Source of the DNA: Gemmatimonadales bacterium
GTDB lineage: Bacteria; Gemmatimonadota; Gemmatimonadetes; Gemmatimonadales; GWC2-71-9
Length of the DNA stretch: 64,000 nucleotides
Reading direction: 5' to 3'
Assembly (NCBI GenBank): GCA_038321865.1
Contig: JBBQFH010000001.1
Span: 174,258-238,257 of the forward strand
The notes below the pieces were generated by a model. That model was not told the DNA's origin. It did no database searches and saw nothing but the letters and a program-made list of their open reading frames with translations. Position numbers and translations under genes: made by a program. Shown piece by piece: positions 51,712 to 62,119 of this stretch; within the stretch, counting starts at the first letter, position 1, and each line of letters begins with the position of its first letter.

Positions 51712-52155
51712 GTGATGAAGATCACCAAGCTGTTCGGAATCGCCGCCGCCGCCCTGATCGCTGCCGGCTGCGGCCGTTCCTCCGCCAAGCCGGACGATAC
51801 CCAGGCGCGGGATCTCCAGCTTACCACGACGGCCGGGCAACTCGGCCAGCCTGCATATGCCAGCGCTGAAGAACTCGGGTATCAGCCGGTGCCGGCATCC
51901 TACAACACCACGTCTCGCCCCACCGGTTCGGCGGCACGGACGGCTGCGCGGCCGGCGCAACGAACCAGCGGCACGGTCTATCGCGCGCCCCGGAAAGTCA
52001 CGCACTCGAGGCGCGACGCCGTGATCGGTGCCGCAGCCGGTGCGGTGACCGGAGCCGTGATCGGACGGAACGTGAAGGGGGCGATCATCGGGGCGGGTGT
52101 CGGCGGCGTGCTCGGCGCGGTGGTCGGTGCCACGGTGGACGTGAGTCATCAGTAG
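51712..52155 (+). CDS. Glycine-zipper lipoprotein
   Basis: GGAGG RBS, lipobox-like IAAGC, C-terminal GAAAGAVTGAVIG..GAIIGAGVGGVLGAVVG. Confidence 0.85.
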   Translation: MMKITKLFGIAAAALIAAGCGRSSAKPDDTQARDLQLTTTAGQLGQPAYASAEELGYQPVPASYNTTSRPTGSAARTAARPAQRTSGTVYRAPRKVTHSRRDAVIGAAAGAVTGAVIGRNVKGAIIGAGVGGVLGAVVGATVDVSHQ

Positions 52156-52179
52156 GGCTGTGGGCAGGTGAATGACTGC

Positions 52180-52214
52180 AACGGGCCCCGGGGCAGGTCG
52201 TCCCGGGGCCCGTT
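52180..52214. terminator. Hairpin between convergent lipoprotein and recN genes
   Basis: AACGGGCCCCGGG-N9-CCCGGGGCCCGTT perfect 13-bp stem. Confidence 0.7.
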
Positions 52215-52227
52215 CAGCTGAGGGGGG

Positions 52228-53898
52228 TCACTTCCCACGGCTGTGGTCATGGCCGAGCAGGGCCTGCGCATGCTTCCTGGCCGTCTCACCCTCCGCATCG
52301 CCCAGCATGCGCGCGATCTCGAGCATGCGGTCTTCACCGTGAATCACGTCTACGTCGCTCCTCGCCATCCCGGCGCGGGCGCGCTTCGAAACCACCAGGT
52401 GGTGATCGGCGCGCGCGGCGATCTGCGGCAAATGCGTGATCACCAGTACCTGGTGCCGGCGTGCCACTTCAGCGAGCGCTGACCCGACCTGCGCACCCAC
52501 CTCTCCACCAATCCCCTGATCGACCTCGTCAAAGACGAGGGACGCGACCGCGTCATGCCGCGCCAGTACAACCTTGAGGGCGAGCATGAGCCGCGAAAGC
52601 TCGCCGCCGGATGCGGCGCGTGCGAGCGGCTGGGCATCGAGCCCCGCGTTGAGGCGTATCATGAACAGGATCAATTCCGCACCGACCGATGTAACGGAGG
52701 GTGCAGTCATCAACGAGACTGAAAACTTGCCGCCTGGCAGGCCGAGCTGCGGCAGGAGGCGGTTTACGGCTCGCGCCAGGCGCCCGGCGCCATCCGAGCG
52801 GCGCTCCGTGAGCGCCGCTCCAGCGGCCGCGAGGACCGATTCGGCTGCGAGGCGGCGCGTTCCCAGCGTCTTCAGGTCGAGATCAGCGGAATCGAGGATC
52901 TCGAGCTCCGCAGCTGCCGCATCGCGAGTGGCGAGGACGGCTGCGATATCGGGCCCATGCTTCTGCATGAGACGGTAGAGCTGGTCGCGCCGGCGTTCGA
53001 CTTCCGCCAGGCGAGCCGGATCTTCCTGAACGGTGCCGGCATATTCAGCCGCCAGCCTCCCCAGCTCGCTGAGGTTTGCGTAGGCGGCATCGAGCATCTC
53101 GCGCCATGGGCCGACCGCGGGATCGCCCTTCTCGAGCGCAGCCAGCGCACGATCCGCGACCGCCACTGCCGCGAGTGCCGCTTCGTCGCCGCTCTCCAGT
53201 GCGTCGGCGACTCGCTGCGCATGCTCAACCAGCGCCCCCGCCTGGGACAGTCGCCGTGCCTCGGCGTGCAGTGAGTCTTCCTCACCGGGCTTTGGCCTGG
53301 CGTCCTCGATCTCGCGCACGACGTGGCGCAGGTAGTCCGCCCGTTTGCGAACCTCGTCGCGCCGGACCATCAGGGCCGACTCCTCCGCGCGCAAGGAGGC
53401 GAGTGCCTGGTATGCTTTCGCGACGGCCGAGCGGTCCGACTCCGCACCGGCGAACGCGTCGAGGATATCGCGCTGCGCATCCGCGTGCAACAGTGAGCGC
53501 GAGTCATGCTGGCCATGCAGATCGACCAGCAGGGCGCCGAGGCGGCCGAGGACCGCGGCGGTGGTCGGGCTGCCGTTGACCCACGCCCGCGACCGGCCCT
53601 CGGACGACACCTCGCGCCGAATGATGACGCGCTGATCGTCGACATCGAGCCCCAGCAGCTCGATGTCACGCCTGGTGGCCGCGTCGAGGCCTTCGAACGC
53701 ACCCTCCACGATGGCCTTGCCGGCACCCGGGCGCACGCTTGCGCTGTCGGCGCGCTCCCCCAGCAGCAGCGCCAGCGCGTCCACCAGCATGGACTTGCCC
53801 GACCCGGTCTCCCCGGTGAGCACATTCAGGCCCGGTCCCAGCTGCAGCGTCACATCGGCGATGGTGACGAGATCCCGCACCCGCAGCTCGGTGATCAC
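52228..53898 (-). CDS. recN: DNA repair protein RecN
   Basis: TGETGSGKS, DLHGQH, ASGGELSR, FDEVD and ITHLPQIA. Confidence 0.96.
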   Translation of the reverse strand: MITELRVRDLVTIADVTLQLGPGLNVLTGETGSGKSMLVDALALLLGERADSASVRPGAGKAIVEGAFEGLDAATRRDIELLGLDVDDQRVIIRREVSSEGRSRAWVNGSPTTAAVLGRLGALLVDLHGQHDSRSLLHADAQRDILDAFAGAESDRSAVAKAYQALASLRAEESALMVRRDEVRKRADYLRHVVREIEDARPKPGEEDSLHAEARRLSQAGALVEHAQRVADALESGDEAALAAVAVADRALAALEKGDPAVGPWREMLDAAYANLSELGRLAAEYAGTVQEDPARLAEVERRRDQLYRLMQKHGPDIAAVLATRDAAAAELEILDSADLDLKTLGTRRLAAESVLAAAGAALTERRSDGAGRLARAVNRLLPQLGLPGGKFSVSLMTAPSVTSVGAELILFMIRLNAGLDAQPLARAASGGELSRLMLALKVVLARHDAVASLVFDEVDQGIGGEVGAQVGSALAEVARRHQVLVITHLPQIAARADHHLVVSKRARAGMARSDVDVIHGEDRMLEIARMLGDAEGETARKHAQALLGHDHSRGK

Positions 53899-54764
53899 CG
53901 AACGATCTCCCGACCCGACAGATCGCCCCAATGAAGCTTCTGCCGCATCCGGGTGAACCAGCCTTCATCACCGAGGCGGGCAAGGCGAACGTGGTAGGCG
54001 GCCCGGCAGACCGAGATCCGGTCGCCGCGAGCCAGCTGCATGCCGGTCTGGCCGTCGAACGAGACCAGCACGTCCTCGGCCCACTCGGCCATCGGCGACA
54101 CCACGACGGTGGCGCTCGATGAGACGACCAGCGGCCGGACCGCGAGCGTATGAGCGCAGATCGGCGTCACCACCATGGCCTCGACGCCCGGGGCGACGAT
54201 GGGCCCTCCGGCACTGAGCGAGTACGCGGTGGACCCGGTGGGGGTCGCGATGACGAGGCCGTCCGCGCTGTAGGGGCCGACCTCCTGCCCATCGATCGAC
54301 ACGTTGACCCGCACGACCCGGGCGACGCCTCCCCGGTGCAGGGCGACGTCGTTGAGCGCGTGATGGGTGGAGCGCACCGATCCATCGGCGCCGAGGATCG
54401 ATCCCCGAAGCGCCTCCAGCAATTCGGAGATGTAACGTCCGGATACGAGGGCATCCAGCGCCTCGTTCATGCCGTCACGTGTCGCAGTGGTCAGAAATCC
54501 CACCCGCCCGAGGTTGATGCCGAGTATGGGCACCTCCGCCCCGGCGAGCAGCCGCGCGCCGCGCAGCAGCGTCCCGTCGCCGCCGAACGTGAGCAGCGCG
54601 TCCAGCGGCGCGGTGTCGAGGGGGAGGACGGATGCGGGCCAGAAGGGTGCCAGCCGGGGCTCGCTGAAAAGCGAGAGCCCGCGAGCCGGGGCCTCGCGGG
54701 CCAGATCGGCCAGGACCGATCCGAGATCCCCATACCGCGGATTGCCGACGACGCCGACGTTCAT
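53895..54764 (-). CDS. nadK: NAD kinase
   Basis: GGDGT, GRVGFL, LND and ATPTGSTAYSLSAGGP. Confidence 0.96.
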   Translation of the reverse strand: MNVGVVGNPRYGDLGSVLADLAREAPARGLSLFSEPRLAPFWPASVLPLDTAPLDALLTFGGDGTLLRGARLLAGAEVPILGINLGRVGFLTTATRDGMNEALDALVSGRYISELLEALRGSILGADGSVRSTHHALNDVALHRGGVARVVRVNVSIDGQEVGPYSADGLVIATPTGSTAYSLSAGGPIVAPGVEAMVVTPICAHTLAVRPLVVSSSATVVVSPMAEWAEDVLVSFDGQTGMQLARGDRISVCRAAYHVRLARLGDEGWFTRMRQKLHWGDLSGREIVR

Positions 54765-56659
54765 CGCGGCTCGAGCGACTCCTCGTGGTGGAGCGCGGCG
54801 ATGCGGCGCGCGATTCCCTGCGCGGTGAGGCCGAACGCCTCCAGCTGCTCCGCTCGCGGCGCCTGCTCCATGAGCCGGTCGGGCACCCCGAGCGCAACGA
54901 CGCGGACCTCGGGGTTCGTCGTCTGCATCCGCTCGGCGAGATAGGCGCCGAAGCCGTTCACGATGGTGCCCTCCTCCACGGTCACGAACGTGCCGTGCTC
55001 GCGCGTGAGCAGGGCAAGAAGGGATGCATCGAGCGGCTTGAGAAACCGACAGTTCACCACACTGCAGTCCAGCCCTTCCGCGGCCAGCAGCTCCGCCGCC
55101 TGCAGCGCCGGCGGCACCATGGTCCCGACGGCCAGGATCGCCACGTCCTTGCCGACCCGCAGGTGCTCCCAGGTTCCGTAGGGCACCGCAGGCACCGACG
55201 CCACCGACGAAGGTTCCGCGGGGGCCTTGTCGCGGGGATAGCGCATGCAGAAGGGCCCGTCATCATGCAGGAGCGCGGTCCGGAGCAGGCCGGCGAGCTC
55301 GTCCCCATCCTTGGGCGCCGTCACGGTCATCCCCGGCACGGCGAGCATGTAGGCGATGTCATAGAGACCCATGTGGGTCTGCCCGTCCTCTCCGACGAGC
55401 CCCGCGCGATCCATGCAGAACACCACCGGCAGCCGCTGCACCGCGACGTCGTGAATCACATTGTCGTAGGCGCGCTGAAGAAACGTGCTGTAGATCGCGC
55501 AGATGGGCCGGATTCCCTGTGTGGCCAATCCCGCCGCAAACGTGACCGCGTGACCCTCCGCGATGCCGACGTCGAAAAACCGTTCAGGCCATGCCTTCTG
55601 GAACACGTTCGTGCCGGTCCCCGACGGCATGGCGGCCGTCACCACGACCAGCTGCGGGAACTCTGATGCGAGCGCGGTGATCGCGTCGCCGAACACCTGC
55701 GTCCAGGTGGGGGGGCCGCTCGCCTTCTTACGGGCCTCGCCAGTGACGGGGTCGTATGCCGCCAGCCCGTGCCATTTCTCCTGATTGGCCTCGGCGAACG
55801 CAAAGCCCTTGCCCTTCTGGGTGATGACGTGAACCAGGCGCGGCCCTTTCATGGACCCCACGAACTTCAGCGTTTCGCACAGTTTGGCGGTGTCATGGCC
55901 ATCGATGGGGCCGAAGTAGCGGAAGCCCAGCTCCTCGAACAGCATCCCCGGGGAGAACAAGTTCTTGACACTCTCCTCGACATTTCGCGCAAAGTCCACC
56001 ACGCGCTCCCCGAACACGTCGCCGAGCTTGAGCGTCACTCCCTTCACCGCTTCGCGGACCCGGTTCGTTTTGGGGTTGGCCACGATGCCGCCCAGCGTCT
56101 TGCTGATGGCGCCGACGTTCGGCGATATGGACATTCCGTTGTCGTTGAGGATGACGATCAGGTCGCGATCGGTGTGGCCGGCGTTGTTGAGCGCCTCGTA
56201 CGACAGGCCGCAGGTGAGCGCGCCATCCCCCAGCACGGCAATGACCTCGTTCGTCTCCCCCTTGAGGTCGCGTGCGGTGGCCATGCCGAGCGCCGCTGAT
56301 ACCGCGGTGCCGGCATGGCCGGCGCCAAACTGGTCATGCTCGCTTTCGCTGCGCTTGAGAAACCCCGAGATGCCGCCCGTCTGGCGGAGCGTCGCGAAGG
56401 CGTCATTGCGCCCGGTCAGCAGCTTCCAGGCATACGCCTGGTGGCCCACGTCCCAGACGATCTTGTCGGCAGGCGAGTCGAACTCGTAGAGAAGCGCGAT
56501 CGTCAGCTCCACGACGCCGAGGCTGGCGCCGATGTGTCCGCCGGTGACGGCGCAGCCCTCGATCAGCCGCTCCCGCAGCTCGCCCGCGAGCTGAGGCAGC
56601 TGGTCCCGGCGGAGACGCTTGAGGTCTGCGGGGCCTCCGATCCCGGCAAGCAACGTCAT
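54761..56659 (-). CDS. dxs: 1-deoxy-D-xylulose-5-phosphate synthase
   Basis: WDVGHQAY, GDGALT..LNDN, DVGIAEGHAV, YSTFLQR and DRAG. Confidence 0.97.
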   Translation of the reverse strand: MTLLAGIGGPADLKRLRRDQLPQLAGELRERLIEGCAVTGGHIGASLGVVELTIALLYEFDSPADKIVWDVGHQAYAWKLLTGRNDAFATLRQTGGISGFLKRSESEHDQFGAGHAGTAVSAALGMATARDLKGETNEVIAVLGDGALTCGLSYEALNNAGHTDRDLIVILNDNGMSISPNVGAISKTLGGIVANPKTNRVREAVKGVTLKLGDVFGERVVDFARNVEESVKNLFSPGMLFEELGFRYFGPIDGHDTAKLCETLKFVGSMKGPRLVHVITQKGKGFAFAEANQEKWHGLAAYDPVTGEARKKASGPPTWTQVFGDAITALASEFPQLVVVTAAMPSGTGTNVFQKAWPERFFDVGIAEGHAVTFAAGLATQGIRPICAIYSTFLQRAYDNVIHDVAVQRLPVVFCMDRAGLVGEDGQTHMGLYDIAYMLAVPGMTVTAPKDGDELAGLLRTALLHDDGPFCMRYPRDKAPAEPSSVASVPAVPYGTWEHLRVGKDVAILAVGTMVPPALQAAELLAAEGLDCSVVNCRFLKPLDASLLALLTREHGTFVTVEEGTIVNGFGAYLAERMQTTNPEVRVVALGVPDRLMEQAPRAEQLEAFGLTAQGIARRIAALHHEESLEPR

Positions 56660-56679
56660 GGCTGGTCCAGGCTGAGTGA

Positions 56680-57612
56680 TCACGAACTCCGGCTCACAAT
56701 ATAATTGGCCAGCGCGGCCAGCGAGGTCCGTCCGACGCCGGCCGCCGCAAGCGCCGCGACGGCACGAGCCGCCAGCCGGTCCGCCTCTTCCCGGGCCCCG
56801 GTGATACCCAGTACCCGGACGTAGGTCGACTTGTTCAACTCGGCGTCACGACCGGCGGTCTTGCCCAGCGTTTCGCTCGTGGCAGTCGCGTCGAGAACGT
56901 CATCGGCGATCTGGAACGCGAGCCCGATATCCTCTCCGAAGGCGGCGAGGGCGGCCATGCGAGGGGCGTCACCCGAGGCGGCCATGCCGCCGAGCACGCA
57001 CGCGGCCCGGATGAGGGCGCCGGTCTTGCCCCGATGGATGGCGATCAGCTCCGGAAGGCCGAGTTCGCGCCTCTCCGCTTCCAGGTCGAGCCACTGCCCG
57101 CCCACCATCCCCTCGACTCCGCCCGCCTGGAAGAGCTCGGTCGCCAGCCGGCCAAGCGTCTCGTCGGGCAACCGCAGTGCCGATGCCGCATCGGCGAGCA
57201 CTTCCGCGGCGACGGGGACCAGGAGGTAGCCTACGCGGGTGGCGGTTGCGACGTCGAACGCACGGTGGGTCGTCGGGCGGCCGCGCCGAAGGTCATCGTC
57301 ATCCATACAGGGCAGATCGTCGTGCACCAGCGAATAGGTGTGCACCGTCTCGACCGCGGCCGCGATGCCGTCGATCTCGCGGGAATGTCCGCCCAGCGAC
57401 CGGTAGGCGGCCAGCACCAGCGCCGCACGGACCCGCTTGCCGGGGCTCGCGAGCGCGTAGGCGAGCGCGGCTCCGTCCGTCCCGCCGAGTCGGCGGCTCA
57501 GGCGCTCGGCCCAGGAGGCCAGGCGCAGATCGGTCCGCGTCCGCGCTTCCGAGAGGAGGCGATCGGCGTGGTCGAGCGCGTCAGACGTCGAGATCGCGGA
57601 CCTCGAGGTCAC
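56680..57612 (-). CDS. ispA: Farnesyl/geranyl diphosphate synthase
   Basis: GKRVR, HDDLPCMDDDDLRRG, GQWLD and FQIADDVLD. Confidence 0.93.
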   Translation of the reverse strand: MTSRSAISTSDALDHADRLLSEARTRTDLRLASWAERLSRRLGGTDGAALAYALASPGKRVRAALVLAAYRSLGGHSREIDGIAAAVETVHTYSLVHDDLPCMDDDDLRRGRPTTHRAFDVATATRVGYLLVPVAAEVLADAASALRLPDETLGRLATELFQAGGVEGMVGGQWLDLEAERRELGLPELIAIHRGKTGALIRAACVLGGMAASGDAPRMAALAAFGEDIGLAFQIADDVLDATATSETLGKTAGRDAELNKSTYVRVLGITGAREEADRLAARAVAALAAAGVGRTSLAALANYIVSRSS

Positions 57613-57823
57613 CCCCGGCGCCCTCGATCACCGACTGGACCGTCAGCTCAGCCTGCGCGAGGCGGTCGCGGGCGGCACGCAGGCGCCGCACGCCGTCCTC
57701 GAACAGCACCAGCGCGTCATCCAGGTCCACATCGTCGCCCTCCAGGCGGCGGACGATCTCCTCGAGACGCTCGAGTTCATCGGCCAGCGAGGGCTGGCCG
57801 ACGGCATCGGGTTTCCGCTTCAT
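57581..57823 (-). CDS. xseB: Exodeoxyribonuclease VII small subunit
   Basis: LERLEEIVRRLE...LDDAL..FEDG pattern, between xseA and ispA. Confidence 0.93.
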   Translation of the reverse strand: MKRKPDAVGQPSLADELERLEEIVRRLEGDDVDLDDALVLFEDGVRRLRAARDRLAQAELTVQSVIEGAGGDLEVRDLDV

Positions 57824-58983
57824 CCGTTCGCCTCCACGCGCGCGGCGACTACCCCATCGGACACGCGCAGGTTGAAGGTGTCCCCCACCCCAAAATCGGT
57901 CAGCCGTTTGAGCACCTGCCCACCCGAGCCGGTCGGCATGGCGTACCCTCGCCCCAGCACGCGCAGCGGGCTCAGCGCGTCCAGCTGTACGGCCGCGCGC
58001 TCCATCCGATGGCGGTGCCGCCCGAGCCCCTGCGTCATGGCGGCGCTGAGCCGGTCGCCGGTACGCTCGAGCCGCTCCCCGGCGAGGCTGGTGCGCGACG
58101 ACAGCCCGCCGGCCAGCCGGGCGGCCAGATCCTGCAGCCGCCGTTCCGTCTCGCGCCGGTCAGGCACGGCGGCTTCCGCGGCCGCTGAAGGCGTCGCCGC
58201 GCGCAGGTCGGCCACGAAATCGGTGAAGGACACGTCAGTTTCGTGCCCGACCGCCGAGATGGTCGGAACGCGGACCAGTGCAAGCGCCCGGCAGACCGCT
58301 TCGCTGTTGAACACGGCAAGGTCTTCCCGGGCGCCACCGCCGCGCCCGACGATGCATACGTCTACCCCGACCAGCCGATTTACGAGCCCCAGCGCCCGCA
58401 CCAGCTCGGCCTCGGCCCCTTCACCCTGGACCCGCGCGCCGATCACGACGATCCGACCGCACGGCCATCTCCGCCGCACGACGTTGCAGACGTCGCGCAG
58501 CGCCGCGCCGTCCATGCTCGTCACCACGGCGACACAGGCGGCGTACGCCGGCAGCGGCCGCTTGCGTGCCGCATCGAACAGCCCGTCACGCTGGAGCACC
58601 GCCTTGACGCGCTCGAGCTCCTGCTGCTGCGCGCCGACCGCGGCCGTCGGGATGATCGCCGTCACCGTCAGTCGAAACTCGCCCTTGTCCTCCCACATGC
58701 CGGGCGTGCCGAGGACGTACACCTCGGTCCCGTCCGCCGGCGGCCGCCCGGCTCGCACCGCCTGCTGCTTCCACATGCAGCAGCGCATCTGACTGCGCGC
58801 GTCCCGCAGCGTGAAATACCAGTGCCCGCTGGACCATGCCTTGCACTGGGTGATCTCGCCCCGCACCCAGACCGCGCCGAGATCGCGTTCGATCAGCCGC
58901 CGCACGGCGGACGTGACCTGGCTGACGGACCATACGTCATCGGCGGGGACGGGTACTTCGAAGGGCAAGGGCAGGCTGGTCAT
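57820..58983 (-). CDS. xseA: Exodeoxyribonuclease VII large subunit
   Basis: VWVRGEI, SGHWYFTL, GRGGG, SAVGHETD and ATPSAAAE. Confidence 0.96.
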   Translation of the reverse strand: MTSLPLPFEVPVPADDVWSVSQVTSAVRRLIERDLGAVWVRGEITQCKAWSSGHWYFTLRDARSQMRCCMWKQQAVRAGRPPADGTEVYVLGTPGMWEDKGEFRLTVTAIIPTAAVGAQQQELERVKAVLQRDGLFDAARKRPLPAYAACVAVVTSMDGAALRDVCNVVRRRWPCGRIVVIGARVQGEGAEAELVRALGLVNRLVGVDVCIVGRGGGAREDLAVFNSEAVCRALALVRVPTISAVGHETDVSFTDFVADLRAATPSAAAEAAVPDRRETERRLQDLAARLAGGLSSRTSLAGERLERTGDRLSAAMTQGLGRHRHRMERAAVQLDALSPLRVLGRGYAMPTGSGGQVLKRLTDFGVGDTFNLRVSDGVVAARVEANG

Positions 58984-59026
58984 CTCACGACGGCGGACGC
59001 GCTCCGCGGGGAACGGCGACGTCAGC

Positions 59027-59917
59027 TCAGCCAGCGGCCTGGCTCTGCTGCATCGCCTGGAGGGTGTTACGCAGGAGCATGGCGATGGTCATCGGGCCGA
59101 CACCGCCGGGCACCGGCGTGATGGCGGACGCCAACTGGCTCACCGGTTCGAACGCGACGTCTCCGACGAGCCGATACCCCCTCGCACTGGCGGCATCGGC
59201 GACCCGGTTGATCCCGACGTCCACGACCACGACCCCGGCCTGCACCATGTCGGCGGTCACGAATTCGGGTTTCCCGATCGCCACGACCAGGATGTCCGCC
59301 GTCCGGGTGATCGCGGGCAGGTCACGGGAACGCGAGTGGCACACCGTCACCGTCGCGTTGCCGCCGGGCCCGTCCTGAATGAGCAGGTTCGCCATCGGCC
59401 GGCCAACGATCGTCGATCGTCCCACGATCACTGCGTGCGCGCCCTTGGTCTCGATGCCGGAGCGGATCAGCATCTGCTGCACACCGTACGGCGTCGCCGG
59501 CCGAAACCCGGTCGGATCGCCGAGCACCAGCTTGCCGACGTTCACCGGGTGAAATCCGTCGACGTCCTTCAGCGGATCCACCCGGCGCAGCACCGTCTCG
59601 GTACTGATCTGCCGCGGCAGGGGCAGCTGCACCAGCATGCCGTGGATCGCGGGATCGGCGTTGAGCCGGTCGATCACGGCGAGCAGCGTCTCCTGGGTCG
59701 TGTCGGACGGGAGCAACACCGTTTCGGAATGCATGCCGGCCTCGAGGCAGGCCTTGCCCTTCGAGCGCACGTAGACCTGGCTGGCCGGATCGTCGCCGAC
59801 GAGCACGACGGCAAGCCCCGGTTTCCGGCCGAGATGGGCGAGCGCGGCGACCTGCGCCGCGACCTCGCCCCGAATCTCCCGCGCCAGCGCGACGCCGTCG
59901 AGGATCGTGGCCGTCAC
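59027..59917 (-). CDS. folD: Methylenetetrahydrofolate dehydrogenase/cyclohydrolase
   Basis: [19 protein letters not shown] and [11 protein letters not shown]. Confidence 0.97.
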   Translation of the reverse strand: MTATILDGVALAREIRGEVAAQVAALAHLGRKPGLAVVLVGDDPASQVYVRSKGKACLEAGMHSETVLLPSDTTQETLLAVIDRLNADPAIHGMLVQLPLPRQISTETVLRRVDPLKDVDGFHPVNVGKLVLGDPTGFRPATPYGVQQMLIRSGIETKGAHAVIVGRSTIVGRPMANLLIQDGPGGNATVTVCHSRSRDLPAITRTADILVVAIGKPEFVTADMVQAGVVVVDVGINRVADAASARGYRLVGDVAFEPVSQLASAITPVPGGVGPMTIAMLLRNTLQAMQQSQAAG

Positions 59918-61491
59918 CGGGCGACGTCCACGGCGCGCGTCTCGCGGATCACGACGACGCGAATCTGGCCGGGATACTGCAGCTCGTTCTCGATCTTCCG
60001 CGCGATGGTGTCGGAGAGCGCCGCCGCCGCGACATCGTCCACTTCCGTCGGCGTCACGATCACCCGGATCTCCCGGCCGGCCTGAATCACATTGCTCTTC
60101 TCGACCCCGGCGAAGCCGTTCGCGATCTCCTCCAGCCGCGTCAGCCGCTTCACGTAGCTCTCGAAGGCCTCGCGACGCGCGCCGGGCCGGGATCCGCTGA
60201 TGGCATCGGCCGCCTGCACCAGCACCGACTCCGCGCTTTCGTGCGGCACGTCATCGTGATGCGCTTCGATGCAGTTGATCACCGCGGCCGACTCCCCGTA
60301 CTTCCGCGCGATTTCCACACCGAGCTCGACGTGGGTGCCTTCGTGGTCGTGCGTCTGCACCTTGCCGATGTCGTGCAGGAGGCCGCCCCGCTTGGCCAGG
60401 GCGACGTCGAGGTGCAATTCGGCCGCCATCATGCCGGCGAGCCACGACACTTCCTTGGAATGGTCGAAGATGTTCTGGCCGTACGACGTCCGATAGCGCA
60501 TGCGCCCGATCAGCCGGATCACTTCGGGGTGGAGCCCGTTCACGTTGGTCTCGAACGCGGCCTGCTCGCCCAGCTCCACCAGCTGCGTCTCCAGCTCCTT
60601 CTGCGCCTTGACGACGATCTCCTCGATGCGGCCGGGATGGATCCGGCCATCGACGATGAGGGCTTCAAGCGAGCGGCGGGCCACCTCGCGGCGAATCGGA
60701 TCGAAGCAGGAGATGACCACGGTATCGGGCGTGTCATCGATGATGACGTCAACACCGGTGGCCGTTTCGAAGGCGCGAATGTTCCGGCCCTCGCGGCCAA
60801 TAATGCGCCCCTTCATCTCGTCGTTGGGCAGGGTCACGGCCGCCACCGTCGTCTCCGCGGTGTGTTCGGCGGCGATTCGCTGTGCCGCCATCGCCACGAT
60901 CCGGCGGGCTTCGCGGTCCGCGCCCTTCCGCGCCTGCTCCTTGATGTCACGCGCCAGCGCGGCGGCCTGCCCCCGCGCCTCGTCCTCGACGCGCTGGAGA
61001 ATCTCGCGGCGTGCTTCCTCGGCGGTCAGATTGGCCACGCGCTCGAGCCTGGTCCGCTGCTCCTGCGTGAGGCGGTCGATCTCCGACTCGCGCGCGCGGG
61101 TCGCGAGCTCGCGCTGCGCGATCGTCTCCTCCCGGCGGGCGAAGCCGCGTTCGCGGGTGTCCACTTCCTCCAGCTTTCGCTCGAGCGCACGCGCACGATC
61201 TTCGGCCCGCCGCTCCAGGCGGTCCGATTCCTCGCGCCGGCGCTGCATCTCGCGATCAGCGTCTTCGCGGGCCTTGATCGACTCGAGCTTCGCCGCCACC
61301 GCGGCCGACGCGCGGGACGTCTCGCCTTCGCGGATCGCCTCACCGCGAAGGCGGTCGGCCTCGCCCTGCGCCGTGGCCAGAATGCTCGAGGCCGACCGCC
61401 GCTGATTCCGGGTGTACAGGAGGATGAAGCCGAGTGCCACGGCCAGGCCGGCAGACAGCCCGGCGATCAGCGCGAGAACGGTATCGCTCAT
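59914..61491 (-). CDS. rny: Ribonuclease Y
   Basis: N-terminal TM, coiled coil, KH ([13 protein letters not shown]), HD (LLHDIGK) and [12 protein letters not shown]. Confidence 0.97.
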   Translation of the reverse strand: MSDTVLALIAGLSAGLAVALGFILLYTRNQRRSASSILATAQGEADRLRGEAIREGETSRASAAVAAKLESIKAREDADREMQRRREESDRLERRAEDRARALERKLEEVDTRERGFARREETIAQRELATRARESEIDRLTQEQRTRLERVANLTAEEARREILQRVEDEARGQAAALARDIKEQARKGADREARRIVAMAAQRIAAEHTAETTVAAVTLPNDEMKGRIIGREGRNIRAFETATGVDVIIDDTPDTVVISCFDPIRREVARRSLEALIVDGRIHPGRIEEIVVKAQKELETQLVELGEQAAFETNVNGLHPEVIRLIGRMRYRTSYGQNIFDHSKEVSWLAGMMAAELHLDVALAKRGGLLHDIGKVQTHDHEGTHVELGVEIARKYGESAAVINCIEAHHDDVPHESAESVLVQAADAISGSRPGARREAFESYVKRLTRLEEIANGFAGVEKSNVIQAGREIRVIVTPTEVDDVAAAALSDTIARKIENELQYPGQIRVVVIRETRAVDVAR

Positions 61492-61808
61492 TCGCGGACC
61501 GGGACGACGGGCCGGCTTCCGCGCTTCGCGGGCGGCAAGAGGCGCGCGACCTCGTCCGCCGCGGCGCCCAGCCGGGTGGCGATCTCGCGATCGCCCCGGC
61601 GCGCCTGAAAGAGCTCGTCGGTAATGGCGAGCCCGGCGAGGATCGCGGCCTTGTGCGATTCGACCATCGGCAGCATGTCCTTGACGCGCTTGAGCGCGGC
61701 GTCGAGATACGCGGCGACCTCTCGCGTATACTCGGGCGGGAGCTCCGAGCGGACGGCGTATTCCTCGCCCCCGATCACGACCCGGACGGCACTCTTCGGC
61801 GCGGTCAC
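61488..61808 (-). CDS. zapA: Cell division protein ZapA
   Basis: V.IGGEEY.VRS, VAAYLD and [13 protein letters not shown]; pheT-X-zapA-rny synteny. Confidence 0.88.
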   Translation of the reverse strand: MTAPKSAVRVVIGGEEYAVRSELPPEYTREVAAYLDAALKRVKDMLPMVESHKAAILAGLAITDELFQARRGDREIATRLGAAADEVARLLPPAKRGSRPVVPVRE

Positions 61809-62119
61809 CTGGCCACCTCGCCGCTCTGCTCGAGAAAGGAGAGCCGCCCCGACAGGTTCCGCACGCGCTCGCGCGCGGTCTCGACCCGCTGGCGCAGCAT
61901 GCCGTTCTCCGTCTCCAGCTCGATGATGCGCTGACGTGCCTGGCCCAGCTCGGGACCGGCGTCTCCGCCGCCGAGCGCACGCATCTCCTGCAGCTCGGCT
62001 TCGGCCTTCAGCGTGCGGCGGCGCCAGCCCGCGACCTCCTCGCCGAGGTGGCGCAGCAGCTGCTCGAGATCATCCAGCGCCCGCAGGTCCGGGCGTTCGT
62101 AGGTGTAGGCCACGGTCAT
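61805..62119 (-). CDS. Small coiled-coil protein (ZapB-like)
   Basis: All-helical heptads ([13 protein letters not shown]); sits between pheT and zapA. Confidence 0.75.
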   Translation of the reverse strand: MTVAYTYERPDLRALDDLEQLLRHLGEEVAGWRRRTLKAEAELQEMRALGGGDAGPELGQARQRIIELETENGMLRQRVETARERVRNLSGRLSFLEQSGEVAR

